Shown here piece by piece: positions 13,989 to 25,935 of a DNA stretch of 60,584 bases. The stretch lies in assembly GCA_045837725.1 (NCBI GenBank), contig JBEWZL010000201.1:62001-122584 (forward strand), written 5' to 3'. The DNA comes from Vermamoeba vermiformis. Its lineage: Eukaryota. The number at the start of each line of letters is the position of its first letter. Position 1 is the first letter of the stretch. The notes beneath the pieces were generated by a model, which searched no databases, was not told the origin of the DNA, and saw only the letters and a program-made list of their open reading frames with translations. Made by a program: the position numbers and the translations under genes.

Positions 13989-14435
13989 ATGGATGCATCG
14001 ACAATCATGCAATCTCTTGGCCACTATGCTAGTGGTATCTTCGCCGGAGCAGCTTTGTACATCTCCGTTACACAACAGCCTTCTTTAGCTGAGACCTTGA
14101 ACAACAACGAATTAGTGGTGCACTTCAAGTCCTTTTACCCGAGAGCTGCGCGAATGCAAGCCACGCTGACCATCGTCTCATCTGCCGCTTTGATCGCCAG
14201 CCATTTTCTGAAACACGATTGGTGGAACTTAGCAGCAGGAATATTGATGGGATCTATATTTCCCTACACTATTCTACTAATGCTTCCCGTCAACAACCAG
14301 TTCATGAATGCTACGCCTGGATCTGCCTCTTCAAAACCTTTTACGAAGCTTTTCTCGACGTGGGGCAAGCTCCATTGGTACCGAACCATCGCTTCTATCG
14401 TTGCATTCGGAATTACGACCTGGAAAAAGTATTAA
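13989..14435 (+). CDS. DUF1772 / anthrone oxygenase-like 4-TM membrane protein, intronless
   Basis: GIFAGAALYISVTQQP, FKSFYPRAARMQ, PYTILLMLPVNNQ and WGKLHWYRT match the DUF1772 pattern. Confidence 0.8.
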   Translation: MDASTIMQSLGHYASGIFAGAALYISVTQQPSLAETLNNNELVVHFKSFYPRAARMQATLTIVSSAALIASHFLKHDWWNLAAGILMGSIFPYTILLMLPVNNQFMNATPGSASSKPFTKLFSTWGKLHWYRTIASIVAFGITTWKKY

Positions 14436-15076
14436 TCTTATTCTGTCTCGTAAAAAATTTATTGTAAATAAAAGATCGAGGTGGTACCACCACATTTCGT
14501 TGTATTCTGGTGTTGTGGAAATAGTACAAAGATTAATGCACGTTCAAAAACATATTGCCCGAGTTCGATAGGCAAAGTGTTAATTTGAAGCCTCGATCAG
14601 ATGAGAAAATACGTAGGTTAGGAATTAATTATATTAATAATGCAGCGAGCTCAATGAATAAAATTCAAACGCGAATTGATGGGGCAATTGGTCAGATAAT
14701 TATGGAGACTCAATCATTAAATCGAAGGTGTGTATGTGTATGTTGAACTTCGGTAAAAAGGACTCAATTCTTAGTCATCATTGTTTAAGGACCACTTTAC
14801 TCATTAACCAAGCTAATAACTACTTAGAGACGGTGACGACAAGCTTGTACTACGCCGCGAAGTATCGATTGCGCGAGACAGTTGAAACTCCAGAAATCCG
14901 GCTAGATCACGAAACCCCTTTTGCACCAATTCAACGTACGCGTCGAACCACTCATAATTTGTCTTGTTTGATCCAGCGCATGAAATTCTTTGAAACACGA
15001 ATGGTGAATCAAAGTAGTAAAGTGTCAGATCAGTTTTATCCAATTTTTTATAAACTGGAGCGCAGCAACACGAACC

Positions 15077-16015
15077 ATGGAGGAAGGAATTCAACAAATT
15101 TTGCAAGATGTTCAGCATCAATTAGCTGAGCTCGCTACTCGTAAAAAAGAATTTGAAGAGCAGATGAAGCAACGAAAAGAAGACTTCGAAAAATGGAAGC
15201 AGAACGAGGCAGAGAAGATGAAGCAGGAGTTAGAAGAGGCTGCAATACGCAAAGATTTAGAATTAATTGAACGTGAAAAGAAAATATCAGCCCAAGAAGA
15301 ATTTATTCGAGATCAGCAATTAAAAAATTCTAAAATGATCAAACTCAATGTCGGAGGCAAGCAATTCATGACAACGCTTACAACATTGACCAGCGATAAA
15401 GATTCAATGCTAGCCGCGATGTTTTCGGGGCGTCACGTGTTGGAAAAGGACGAAGACGGCTTCTATTTCATTGATCGGGATGGCGAACTTTTCTCGTTAG
15501 TTCTTCATTATCTACGCACTGGAAGAATGCCCGAAAAACTAGATGACACGAGATCTAGAGAGTTGAAACACGAGGCTCAATATTACCAGCTGTTTGGTTT
15601 GTTAAAGGAATTAGATCAGTTGCAGCAACCAATGTCAAGCTCCGGTTCAAGGTTGCGCCTCAGCGGGATCTATACAAATGGGTCTCATATGTATTCATTC
15701 ATCGACAGTAAGTTCGTCACCGATTTTCGCGACATACAAGAGTACACGGTGGACTACTTTAATACCCTCAAGATTGCATTCCGGTCAGTCAAAAGAACTG
15801 CAGTTATTGTCGATGAAGCGCGAATCAGGATCGACGATGAATTATTTGAATATCATGCACCAGCATGGCCAAACTGGGGAACTGTTTATGCTTTCCTAGA
15901 CCTCAAATTTACTTTGAAAGAAGCGGGTGTAATCATTCAGAGGAAAACAGCTCATGATTCAAAGTCGAAGAGATTGAAACTGTTGTTAGCACGACCAAGG
16001 ATGGAGTTCCGATGA
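15077..16015 (+). CDS. Coiled-coil + KCTD-type BTB/POZ (T1) domain protein, intronless
   Basis: IKLNVGGKQFMTTLTTL…SMLAAMFSG…YFIDRDGELFSLVLHYLRTG…EAQYYQL is a canonical BTB_2 domain. Confidence 0.92.
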   Translation: MEEGIQQILQDVQHQLAELATRKKEFEEQMKQRKEDFEKWKQNEAEKMKQELEEAAIRKDLELIEREKKISAQEEFIRDQQLKNSKMIKLNVGGKQFMTTLTTLTSDKDSMLAAMFSGRHVLEKDEDGFYFIDRDGELFSLVLHYLRTGRMPEKLDDTRSRELKHEAQYYQLFGLLKELDQLQQPMSSSGSRLRLSGIYTNGSHMYSFIDSKFVTDFRDIQEYTVDYFNTLKIAFRSVKRTAVIVDEARIRIDDELFEYHAPAWPNWGTVYAFLDLKFTLKEAGVIIQRKTAHDSKSKRLKLLLARPRMEFR

Positions 16016-16201
16016 TCATTGCAAACTCCGTATCGAGACTTTTCTTCGTCACCGCTATAACTGCACTTCCTGTCTTTTATTGCTATGGTGAGTATTGTGT
16101 TGCTCGCGCATTGGATACGTCAGACCATAGATTTTATTCCCGCTTGTACAAGAGGACCAATTAACTTTATGTTATAATTAAACAATAAAGCATATTTATA
16201 T

Positions 16202-17699
16202 TTACAAGAGAATCGCGAGTGCGACGGTAATATTGATCACAATGGTGAATATACAGACCAAGTACTGATAGAACAGCAGCGGTGAAATGATCGCACTTTG
16301 CGCGCTATGTGGTTGCAGCTGCGTGAGGACAATAATATTCACCGCAGTAGGCATCGCTGGCTGCATCATCAGCACGAGGGCGAAGAGCGGATCTGACGGC
16401 AACATGTTCAGACGCAGCGCAATCAGGGTCACGCATAGACCAACTGTAATAATAGTAAGTAATCATGCTTGCTGAATATTACAAGATTCGCTTGGAAAAG
16501 ACACTTGAAAAACGGATCCGACAAAAATGTCAAGTTAATCGCTCGTGGAAAAGTAGTAATAAAGGTATTATACTATAATGTTATATACATACCCAAGGCC
16601 ATTAGTATTAATCGTGCGATCACATTGATCGAGACCATTGAGTACGTGACTTGCGGTGTGTTCTTCGGTCCGTGCGAGAGATTGGCACCCAATAACAATA
16701 TTGCTGCGGGAATGGCCACGTTGGCTGCAAATATTACTAATTAGTAAAAGTCAAAGCTGAATGAAACATTGGTGGCACGTGGCATCAAAAGAAAATAGCA
16801 ACTTAGGTCAGCACGTACCCAACATGTCCACGGTGTCCACCAAGAATTTGATCTTCGAATCGGGACTGAACAACAATCTTTGCAGGGGCGGAATAACTAT
16901 CACCACGATCGATAGAATAACTGCAATCATTGCTGGACTGAACACTTGTGCGAATTGTCGGGAATTGATTATTTTCTTCACGGTGTCCTTCGCTTTATCC
17001 CATGCACTATTTCGCGGAATTTCTTGCACGTCACGTGGTGTTTCATCGCTGCTCTGCTCTGCCACTCCTTGAGTCGGTAATTCAACGGTATTTTCTGCTG
17101 GAGGCTTGTTGAGGTAGCTATAGCCAAATGTCCATATTAATATCGACACTAGCGACATATAAATGCCAACATAGGCTATGCCTCGTTTTTCTGCGGTCGG
17201 ATCTGAGTTGAACGGTGGGATGTCGCCCGCAATTGAAGCAATGAGCGTGATTGGAAGATTTCCGGCGTTATTAAACATCAAACTAGCCGCAAATACTCTA
17301 GTGACATCTTCATCGTAATCAAACGCTGAGAAATAAGTTAGATTATTTTTGGAGCGGATCTATGCGTTACCTTTGCTAATCAGAATACCGATGTAATACG
17401 CAATCAATGTATATAGTAGACAAAATAAGACTAGTAGCCAACATTCTAAGATTAATTCAGAGTCTACGGCGCCAACAGAGACGAAAATCAGGCACGGAGA
17501 AAATACGTTGAAGATCAGCTGTTTAAAATTAAACAAAATTAATTTAAATATTTTAATAGTATGCTTTATATACTTTACTGAGGGAAGTCTGCGTTTCTTT
17601 CGATAATAATCCTTTTCTTTCAAGAAGAACGCCGCATCCAGCTATCAGCACGATCTTCGCCACCGCAGCGGTGGAGTATCCAATAATAGAAAGGGACAT
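16202..17699 (-). CDS. Auxin efflux carrier family / PILS-like membrane transporter; exact start uncertain
   Basis: AVAKIVLIAGCG, LIFNVFSPCLIF, FNNAGNLPITLI, RGIAYVGIY, PAAILLLGANL and PLFALVLMMQPAMPTAVN fit Mem_trans (PF03547)-type motifs. Confidence 0.88.
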
Positions 17700-18065
17700 A
17701 ATCGATTACTACCTGATGCGCATTAATAAGTAAATAAATTAATGTGCTGTTGATATCTCTGGGCGTAAAATAAGCAGAGTGTGACCCAGAAAGCACGTGC
17801 TGCAGGTGATTGTTTCAGACCTCAAGACCGGAGCGGAGTGCTAAACGCAACATAAATAAGTTACATAACGTAACCACAGCTAGTAATGTTGTCGTGTACC
17901 TACAAACTGAAGTCTCATTGGATCCAGAATTGCAGTGCACCTTCAGTTTATGCGCAGATTCTTCCGTTATTCTCAGTATTAGATTGAAATTCGTTGTGAA
18001 GTTCCGTTTTCGTACGGGATGATAAAAGAATTAATTTTTTAAACTCGCCGTTCCAAAAAACCACA

Positions 18066-21000
18066 ATGGAGGGCCAAGCACAGAAGAGAAAATTCGACGA
18101 TATACATAAGGACGGTAGTGAAGACGATGATACCGAACAACCGCCTTTGAAGAAGACGAAAGGAGATCCAGGTAATTAGAAGAATTAATTTAAAATTAAA
18201 CTAATTCCCCGTGGCAGGAAATGATCAGTCGCAAATAGAACTACCTCCAGAAATCATGTTGGATATTTTAAAATTATTACCGGCAAACCAGATTCCTCCT
18301 GTTGCTTTGGTTTGTCGGTACTGGTGGATCTGTTCAAAAGACGAGTCTTTAGCTTGGATACCCTTCTTTCCGCCTACTATCGAGATACAAGAGACTAACT
18401 ACACTTATTGTCATTTGTTTAATAGTAAGTTCTTAGTCCGCCGTACAAAAAACTAAAAACAAATTCTAAGAAATGAGTTCTTCTGTTGGGGCCGCGCGAG
18501 AAGATAATCTCGGCAAGGCCGCACGCGAGGCTGTACCCAAGGGCGTGCTCAATCGACCAGGCAAATACGGCAGGGATCTCGGCCAGGATTTTTGGGTTCG
18601 TGTTACAAAATATTTTAGTTATTTCTAATCTTTGAATTAGTTGCTCGATGAACAGGGCAACAAAATTGGCGTCGGTGAAACCAAAGGCAGTATTCCGCTA
18701 CCGGATCTAAAACAATCACAGTACCGCTACAACATTGACTACCATGTGCTCAACAATGATGAAGAGAGGAGAACTGTATTGACCATTGAATGTAACGCCA
18801 GGAGGTAAGTTAGAGAACAAATCACTTTCAACTTTCGGATCTTATTCCAGTACATTTTTCCTAGACTTGAAAAGCTCGTTCGATCGCGGGACAATTTTGA
18901 GATCGATGCCTGGCACTGGCTGACGAAGCAATGCATCGACATTATTAAGAACATGTTCGATAGAAAGTATGACCGCGATGATTACTTGATACTCGGTGAC
19001 GGTTACTTGGATCAGATTTACGACCCCGATGAGGCCTATTTACCACCGGTATGAATAAGAAATATACCTTTCGGATCTTTATTTCCTTTTATAGGCATTA
19101 CCGCTGGTCAACACGGCGCACCTCTCGGAAATTAAAACAAAATTGCATCAGTACCAACTCGACGCCGTCAACTGGATGACATTCATTGAACGGGATCGCG
19201 AAAAAAGTAACTCATAGTGCTACTCCAAGTTAATTTCATATATTATAATTAATTATATTAGCATATGATGTCTCGCCGCTGGTTAAAATCCCGCAAACAG
19301 AGCTGTGGATGAAATTTGACATCTTGAAAGACGATAAAATCAAAGCGTGGTTGGTGCCACACGAGAAATTCGACGAACACAATTTGTATTTTCAGCCAAA
19401 AGGTATCATTATAGTGTTCCATATACACTGGTACTAAGACCAAGTAATTTTCAAGGTGGCATTTTAGCAGACGAGATGGGCCTCGGAAAAACCCTCGAAG
19501 GTGTGAAACTCTATTAATATTAATCATCGCGTATTGATTGCTAACTATCAATGACTTCGCAGTGATTGCTCTGATCTTTGCCAATCCTGCACCAGCGGAA
19601 CTACCAACGGATCGAACTCTATTCTCCGTGCGATCGACACTAGGTAATAGCGCATATATATACAAGCCATGTTCAATACTATTACTTCGTATTAATAATT
19701 CTATCGTTAATAACGCAGTGATTTGTCCGACACATTTGGTGCAACAGTGGGCGCGAGAGTTTGAGAAGCACGTGACTAAAAAGCTGAAAATCGTTCAAGC
19801 CTCGACACTGGTGGAGCTCAAAAAGCACACTTATCAACAGATTCTCGATGCTGGTACGTACCCAAATGCGGGAAATTTCACGATGGAATTGAATCCGATG
19901 ATTGATCTCGGGCCAGATGTCGTTATTGTATCACAAACCATCATGTCCAATCGGCGCTACATCTCGTGGCCTGATCAAGCGGCACCTGCCTTGAAAGATG
20001 AGCCAATTGAAAAGCCTCACGTCAGAAAACTCAGATTGGCCAAAGTGTTTGAGGTTCGTTCGTCATAATCACGATTAATCTATCAATTGTTTGATTGGTG
20101 CAAAATATTTTATAGGACATCAAAGCCCAAAAGAAAGATCTGTCCAAGCTCAAATCACCGATTTTAGATCACTTTCACTGGCACCGAATTGTCGTTGACG
20201 AGGCACACGAGATTGTTGACCAATCATCTGCCGTCGAAAACCCTTTCGAACTCATCAGTGCCATGCCCAGCACGTACAATTGGTACATTTCTGGCACTCC
20301 GTTCCTGTCCGCGTGAGTATTTCCAAATAAGGAAATATCTTGCCTAACTTTTAAATGTCACGTAGCGATAGCTTCAATAACATTCGAAAATTTTTGAAAC
20401 TACAATCAAAAAAGTACGTGGGTAGTCACCCAGCCGCGGTGTATTTCAACAGCATCGTGGACGAGATGATCGTGCAAGAACTCATGTGGCGGCATACAAA
20501 AGTATACGGATCAGATCCGATTTAACACTGTACCTAACACTCGTTGCGCCACTAGGAAAGTATCGCCCAAGAGTACAAGATGGTCGACACCACCGAAGAA
20601 TTGATTTTGATGGACGAATCGCCCGTCGAGTGGCTGGACTACGATCAAATTGGCCAGTCCCTCGCCAGCGTCAAAGCAGCTTGCCTCGCGCACTGTGAAC
20701 AGGCGATTATAGACGCACAACTTTGCATCGACAATTGGCGCAAAGAGATCCAGAGCGCGGAAGAATATCTGAACACTCCTCAGCCAGATCCAGAGCACTG
20801 GTTGTCGTACAAGCGCAAATTAAAAGCTGAATGCAATCTGAAGACCTTGCCTGAGTCCATCGAACTCAAATTGAAGTCGACTGAGGCCTTGCAACTCAAA
20901 ATGACCAAGATCCAGCCGATAGTACGCTCAATTATGTTTAGTGTTTCCTTATTTGGTAATAACGCTGAATTGCTTGCGCGCAGGTTGCAGAGAGCAAAAT

Positions 21001-21758
21001 TCCCGAAGTAAACCAGTACGGCACGAGAGGCGGTCACGTGCTGATTTATCTGAAGAAATTGTTCATGAACGACAAGACCGCACGCGTGATCATATTTGGC
21101 GAGGTAGTTACTGTCTCCTAAACTTTGTTGCTCTAGCATTGACGCACTATCCACAGAGCTCGCATCACTTGCGCGATTTGCAGAAAGTGCTCGCAGAAAA
21201 CAACATCACCGTAGCCCTGGCACTCGGGTACGTACACAGTGATATGAGCGATGATGACGAGGGCGTTGTTAACAAACTTGTTGCAGTCAAGTGAAGCACA
21301 AGGTGCAAGCGATCAAAGAATTCACTGAAAAGGACTATCACGTGATCATGATGAACATTACCGAGATGTCGTCGGGAACTAACTTGGTGGAGGCCAGTCA
21401 CGTGATCTTTTTAGGTCCGTACTTGCTTTTTGCTGCATCAACTTCCTAATATAGTATAATCAGATCAACTGCATGCAACCGATAAAAATCTGGTTGACGC
21501 TACAGAAGAACAGGCCATTGGTCGCGCGCGTCGTCAAGGCCAATCACGTGACATCACTGTCGTGAGATTTTTGATGAAAAACAGCAGCTCATACAAACGA
21601 TACTTGCAAATGCGAGGTACTTCAATCAGATGTCCTTACTTTCAAATATGGAAATTACTCACGAAATTATTGCAGCGAAACCAGCCCTGCACAAAACTGC
21701 CTCAAAATTGACACGCAGCGGCAGCGTGGGTGCACTGACTCTCAGTCAATCGCGCTAG
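18066..21758 (+). CDS. F-box + SNF2-family (Rad5/16-like) ATPase, multi-exon
   Basis: F-box LPPEIMLDILKLL…VALVCRYW; helicase motifs LHQYQLDAVNWM, GGILADEMGLGKT, WHRIVVDEAHE, ISGTP, GTNLVEASHVIFL and QAIGRARRQGQ. Confidence 0.9.
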
Positions 21759-22300
21759 TAACGAGTGGATGTTTCACACTTTGGAAAGTCTTCTATGATT
21801 ATTTCGTATTTAACCACATTATATTTTACAATTGATATCTGCACCAGTTGATGGCCTTATGAATTCATAAATTTTTCGCCGTCGATGACTGGCAGTAACT
21901 TTCGAGCGCTTATCGGTTAAAAAACTATGCAATCGCGCGTATTTTTCGCCCTTACTCGTACGGAACCACTAAGGCAGATGAACTTTTTGCTTGTTGATGA
22001 ACGAAATTATTTAGGACCAACTGCTTAATTTATTTTGGCCATTGTACCGCGCTGTTAGCGCAGCACAACACCAACGAAGCAGCTATTATATAATGAAAAG
22101 ACAAAAGACGTTACTTGTATTATAAACAAGGACTGCAAGAACAACTAATGGACTTGTTGAAGGTCCACTAGCGCTCTCAAACAATCGACCTATTTATAAT
22201 AGTTTTTTTTTTTGGATTTTTTGATATTGATGTTTTTCTAGTGTATATAGTTGTGAATTTCACTGGAAGCCATTCACTGAAACGAATGATCGACGGATCT

Positions 22301-24476
22301 TCACATACCAAAGATGTCGATCGCGCCGCTCTGATAGGACACACCGTTGTAGTGCTCGGTGTTGGCGGGGAAGTACGCGTCAAAGCTCTCCATGGGTGCA
22401 GAGGGCTCAGACAAGAGGTACTGAATGTCGCCAGCGTACTCAGAGGCGTAGTTGGCGTAGCAAGGAACAGGGCTCGGGGCAGAGGGGACACAGGCGGGCA
22501 TGTAGTACTCCTCGGAGGCGGTGTGAGGGGCACTCAATGCGACGAAGTGCGGCATTTGGGGCTGAGCGTAGACAGGGAACGGGGCCGCGTGAGGATAAGA
22601 GCTCATGATCGGCTCTTGCTTGATGAACGAGCGAGGCAAGGGCACAGCGAACTTGTTGTTGTACATTCGCGATTGCTCGAGCATCGAGACTTGGGGCACG
22701 AGAAGCTTGATGTTGTTCGCGTTCGAGGGCACGTGAACAGGCTGGACAGGAGGCGGGCAGACAGGAGTGCAGGCTGCCACGCGTTGTTGGGGCTCGTAGG
22801 ACAAGCGACGACGTTTCTGAGGACGAACAAACTCTTCTTCGTCGCCACCGCAAGCCGTGTCAGAGGCACCTTCTTCACCCGACGAGTGGCTCACCGTGTC
22901 GTCGTTGGGCGAATCGTTGTGGGCATGGGCCATCGAGTTGAGCCAGTTCAATAGTTTTTGTTCGACTGCTTTCCAACCATTGCTTCTTTCAGCGCCGTTC
23001 AAAAACTGACTCAAGCGAGTTTGACTGCGCGGATGTGTTAGTGAAACGTGAAGAAGATTATCTCGTCGACACGAAAAAACGAAAAATAACCGACATCAGA
23101 ATGAATGACATTCTTATCTTTACGAGATATTTCCTTTTTGGGTATAACCCACGTGGCATTCAAAGAAAAAACCACGTGTGAATAAATTTGAACACACAAA
23201 GTATACGGGTTCGCCCAGTATTGCACCAATAACGGAGTAACTTCCGTTCTTAATAATATTGACGTACCTGATCTCAACTTGACTGGCAATATCCTTCTGG
23301 GACAAAGAATATTTGCGAATAGCCTTCTTGATGCTATGGATGATAGAAGGCTCGGGAGTGGAGCGAAGGACCGGCAAAGCGCGTGCGACCGCAGCGTGTT
23401 CATCAACGACGCCGTGATCGTGGTCCTCTTCAGGGACGCCTTGATCTTTGCAGGACTTGCACAACAGCCAAGTGTAGCTAGAACACTTGTAGCCGTAGGC
23501 ACTGAGCGGATTGTGCTTAAGGATTGTACTGCCTTCGGGCACGTGGTGTCTAAAGTCGTAAATACGTTAATCACTTGACGCAGATCCAAATATTCTCGGG
23601 TAATTAAAATTTCAATTTCAAACAACCGTTGATGCAATTTGAAACGGCTTGACGAATTGATTGCATTTCGAGTGCTTAGCGTTATAATGATCGTCATAGT
23701 GTTGGTTCGCTGCGATAAATCAACTTATAACTTACTTGCAATAGCCAGTGGGGCAGCTCTTGCAGCGGAACAAACGGCCTCTGCTGCTAGATGTGGTGGC
23801 ATTGCAAGTAGCGCACTTGTGGGCAGGGCATCCCCTAAAGATGTAAAGCAATTAATATAGATAATCCACGAGTTCCACGGAGATTGCTCGGAAGATTTAA
23901 ATTGCAAAATTAATTTAATTTCTGGGACCGAATCCGTTTATGTGAATCAAAGGTGGCTCGTCATGTATTAGCTTATTGCTGCTACATACCATCTAGGGCT
24001 AGTGATGAGGGTACCCTTAGGAAGACAGCCCTCGTGATAAGACTTGGGGCAGAAGCTACAGAATACTAGAGGCATTTGGTTTCCACCGCAGACAAAGCAA
24101 ATGTCCTCATGCTAACATACAACGCTATTAGTAACGATATTGTTGCTTGAAATAAAATTAATTTCGCTTGGGTTCAAAATCTTGACCGAATCGGTCTCGC
24201 TCGGAGTTAACGATTCGTAAAATGGTCCAAATAGGAGAAGTAAATGATCAATATGCTTACAATCATAGCCACACCCTTGCGGTCATCAGAGAGCGAAGCA
24301 CAATCGTCGCCGTCCTAAATAAATTCATGAGAAATTAATATTATTCCTTTCTTTATTATGTGACGATATTTTTGGTGTAATGCTTCGAAATCGTTATTAA
24401 TATGCTTGATAATATATAATGCGAGCATTTAGAGTTAAAAATTGAACGTTTTAGTTCCGATCCTTACCTGCATCAT
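22301..24476 (-). CDS. Tandem PHD/PHD-like finger + lambda-repressor/HNF1-like HTH protein with Pro-rich and acidic tail (putative transcription regulator)
   Basis: Spliced: MMQ|DGDD…|HEDICFVCGG…FCSFCPKSYHEGCL…W|GCPAHKCATC…LFRCKSCPTGYCK|…CKSC; then IKKAIRKYSLSQKDIASQVEI|SQTRLSQFLNG…KLLNWL; NLS-like PQKRRR. Confidence 0.8.
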
Positions 24477-24759
24477 AATCGAAGGAAGACAAGAAAAAAA
24501 GTAGAGAATATAACGAAAAAGGATTAAAGCGAGAATGTTGGGCAAGTTCAACACGATTACTCTTGCTGCTAATTCTGACTTTAAAAAAGAGTGAATGACC
24601 TGAATCCAAAAATCACTTTTTATACCCCACGCCAAACTCATACGTGTGAATTTCGCACTCGTAACCTGGAATCACCGAACCAGAAATTTGAGTCAGATTT
24701 GCATCGTAGAGACCACATTGAGGCAGTCTCATCTACCTTGTTCTGCCGAGCTCGATCAA

Positions 24760-25887
24760 ATGGCGGAGTTTCAGAAAAAGCGAATCGTGGGCGTGTTGTT
24801 TCATGACTTCACTGCTCTAGATTTTTATGGACCGATATCAATATTTAAATATGCAGTGACTGATGCGCAGTAAGCTTGCCGTTCAAATTCACGAAATTGA
24901 ATTGCTCTGAAATCACTAGCAACCGGCAATTAGCCGGGTTACATGAATATTTAATATTAAATTCGTTCTTAATTTAGAAATTGCTTTTTTATTAGAACGC
25001 GGTGAATTAAAAGAGGACTCAATTAATGTTAAATTTTAATGTAGATCTCGAACTCCTTTGTACAGTTATGAAACTACAACCCTTACAGATACCCACGGCG
25101 CTTCATGCGAGGGTGGTACCATAGACGCTAATTATTCCTTTACCGTGAGTTTTTTACCGACCTTATACTTTTTTCTGCTCGGTCTCACTTCGCTGGACCA
25201 GGATCTACCTAACAAAGATAACATCGATATTTTAATAATACCCGGTGGCCTTGGAACACGAAAGTTGGCTAATGATGACGAGTTTATCCAACGGGTAAGT
25301 CCCGAGCGGAATCCGCTCCGCGTATCACAATTCGACAGCTTTGAAAGCTCTAAATTACGATCTTGCCTATTAAATGTATAATTAATATCTTATTAGCTCC
25401 GTTTTCTCGCGGAGAGAGCTACATACGTCTTAACTATTTGCACCGGAGCTGCTCTTCTTGCAAGAACCGGTCTATTAGACGGAAATCAGTAAGCGTACTA
25501 CAATGATTCCTTTATATATAGATGGGTGCCTTATATCTATTAGAGCAACTTCGAACAAATTCTCTTGGAGCTGGGTCGTGCAACAAGGTCCGCAAGTTGA
25601 CTGGTTACACGAAGCACGCTGGGTTGACGCGGGCAAATTCACCACTTCTGCCGGTGTTTCAGCAGGTAAGACTACGACAAGTGACTCTACGCACTATTGC
25701 GGCACTGAATAATCAATATCTAGGCATCGACATGACGTTGTATTGGGTGGCCAAACACAATGGATTTGACTGCGCTAAACGAGCCGCGGACATGATCGAA
25801 TACAGTTGGCGCGGAATAACTACGTCGACGGGCATCGAAAAAGATCATCAGTTTGTTATTAACGAGAAATCAACTGTACAACAATGA
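24760..25887 (+). CDS. DJ-1/PfpI family protein (InhA / isonitrile-hydratase-like clade), multi-exon
   Basis: VLFHDFTALDFYGP, DILIIPGGLGTR, nucleophile elbow ICTGAALLARTGLLDG, ATSNK and ARWVDAGKFTTSAGVSAGIDM. Confidence 0.9.
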
Positions 25888-25935
25888 TAACGCTCATAAA
25901 CAAGAATACAGCTAGCTGGTACCAGCTCGGTACTT

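Noticed and set aside
14555-15129. Overlapping short ORFs upstream of the BTB gene
   Set aside because: No recognisable motif, start context or consistent splice pattern; cannot be supported as a gene.
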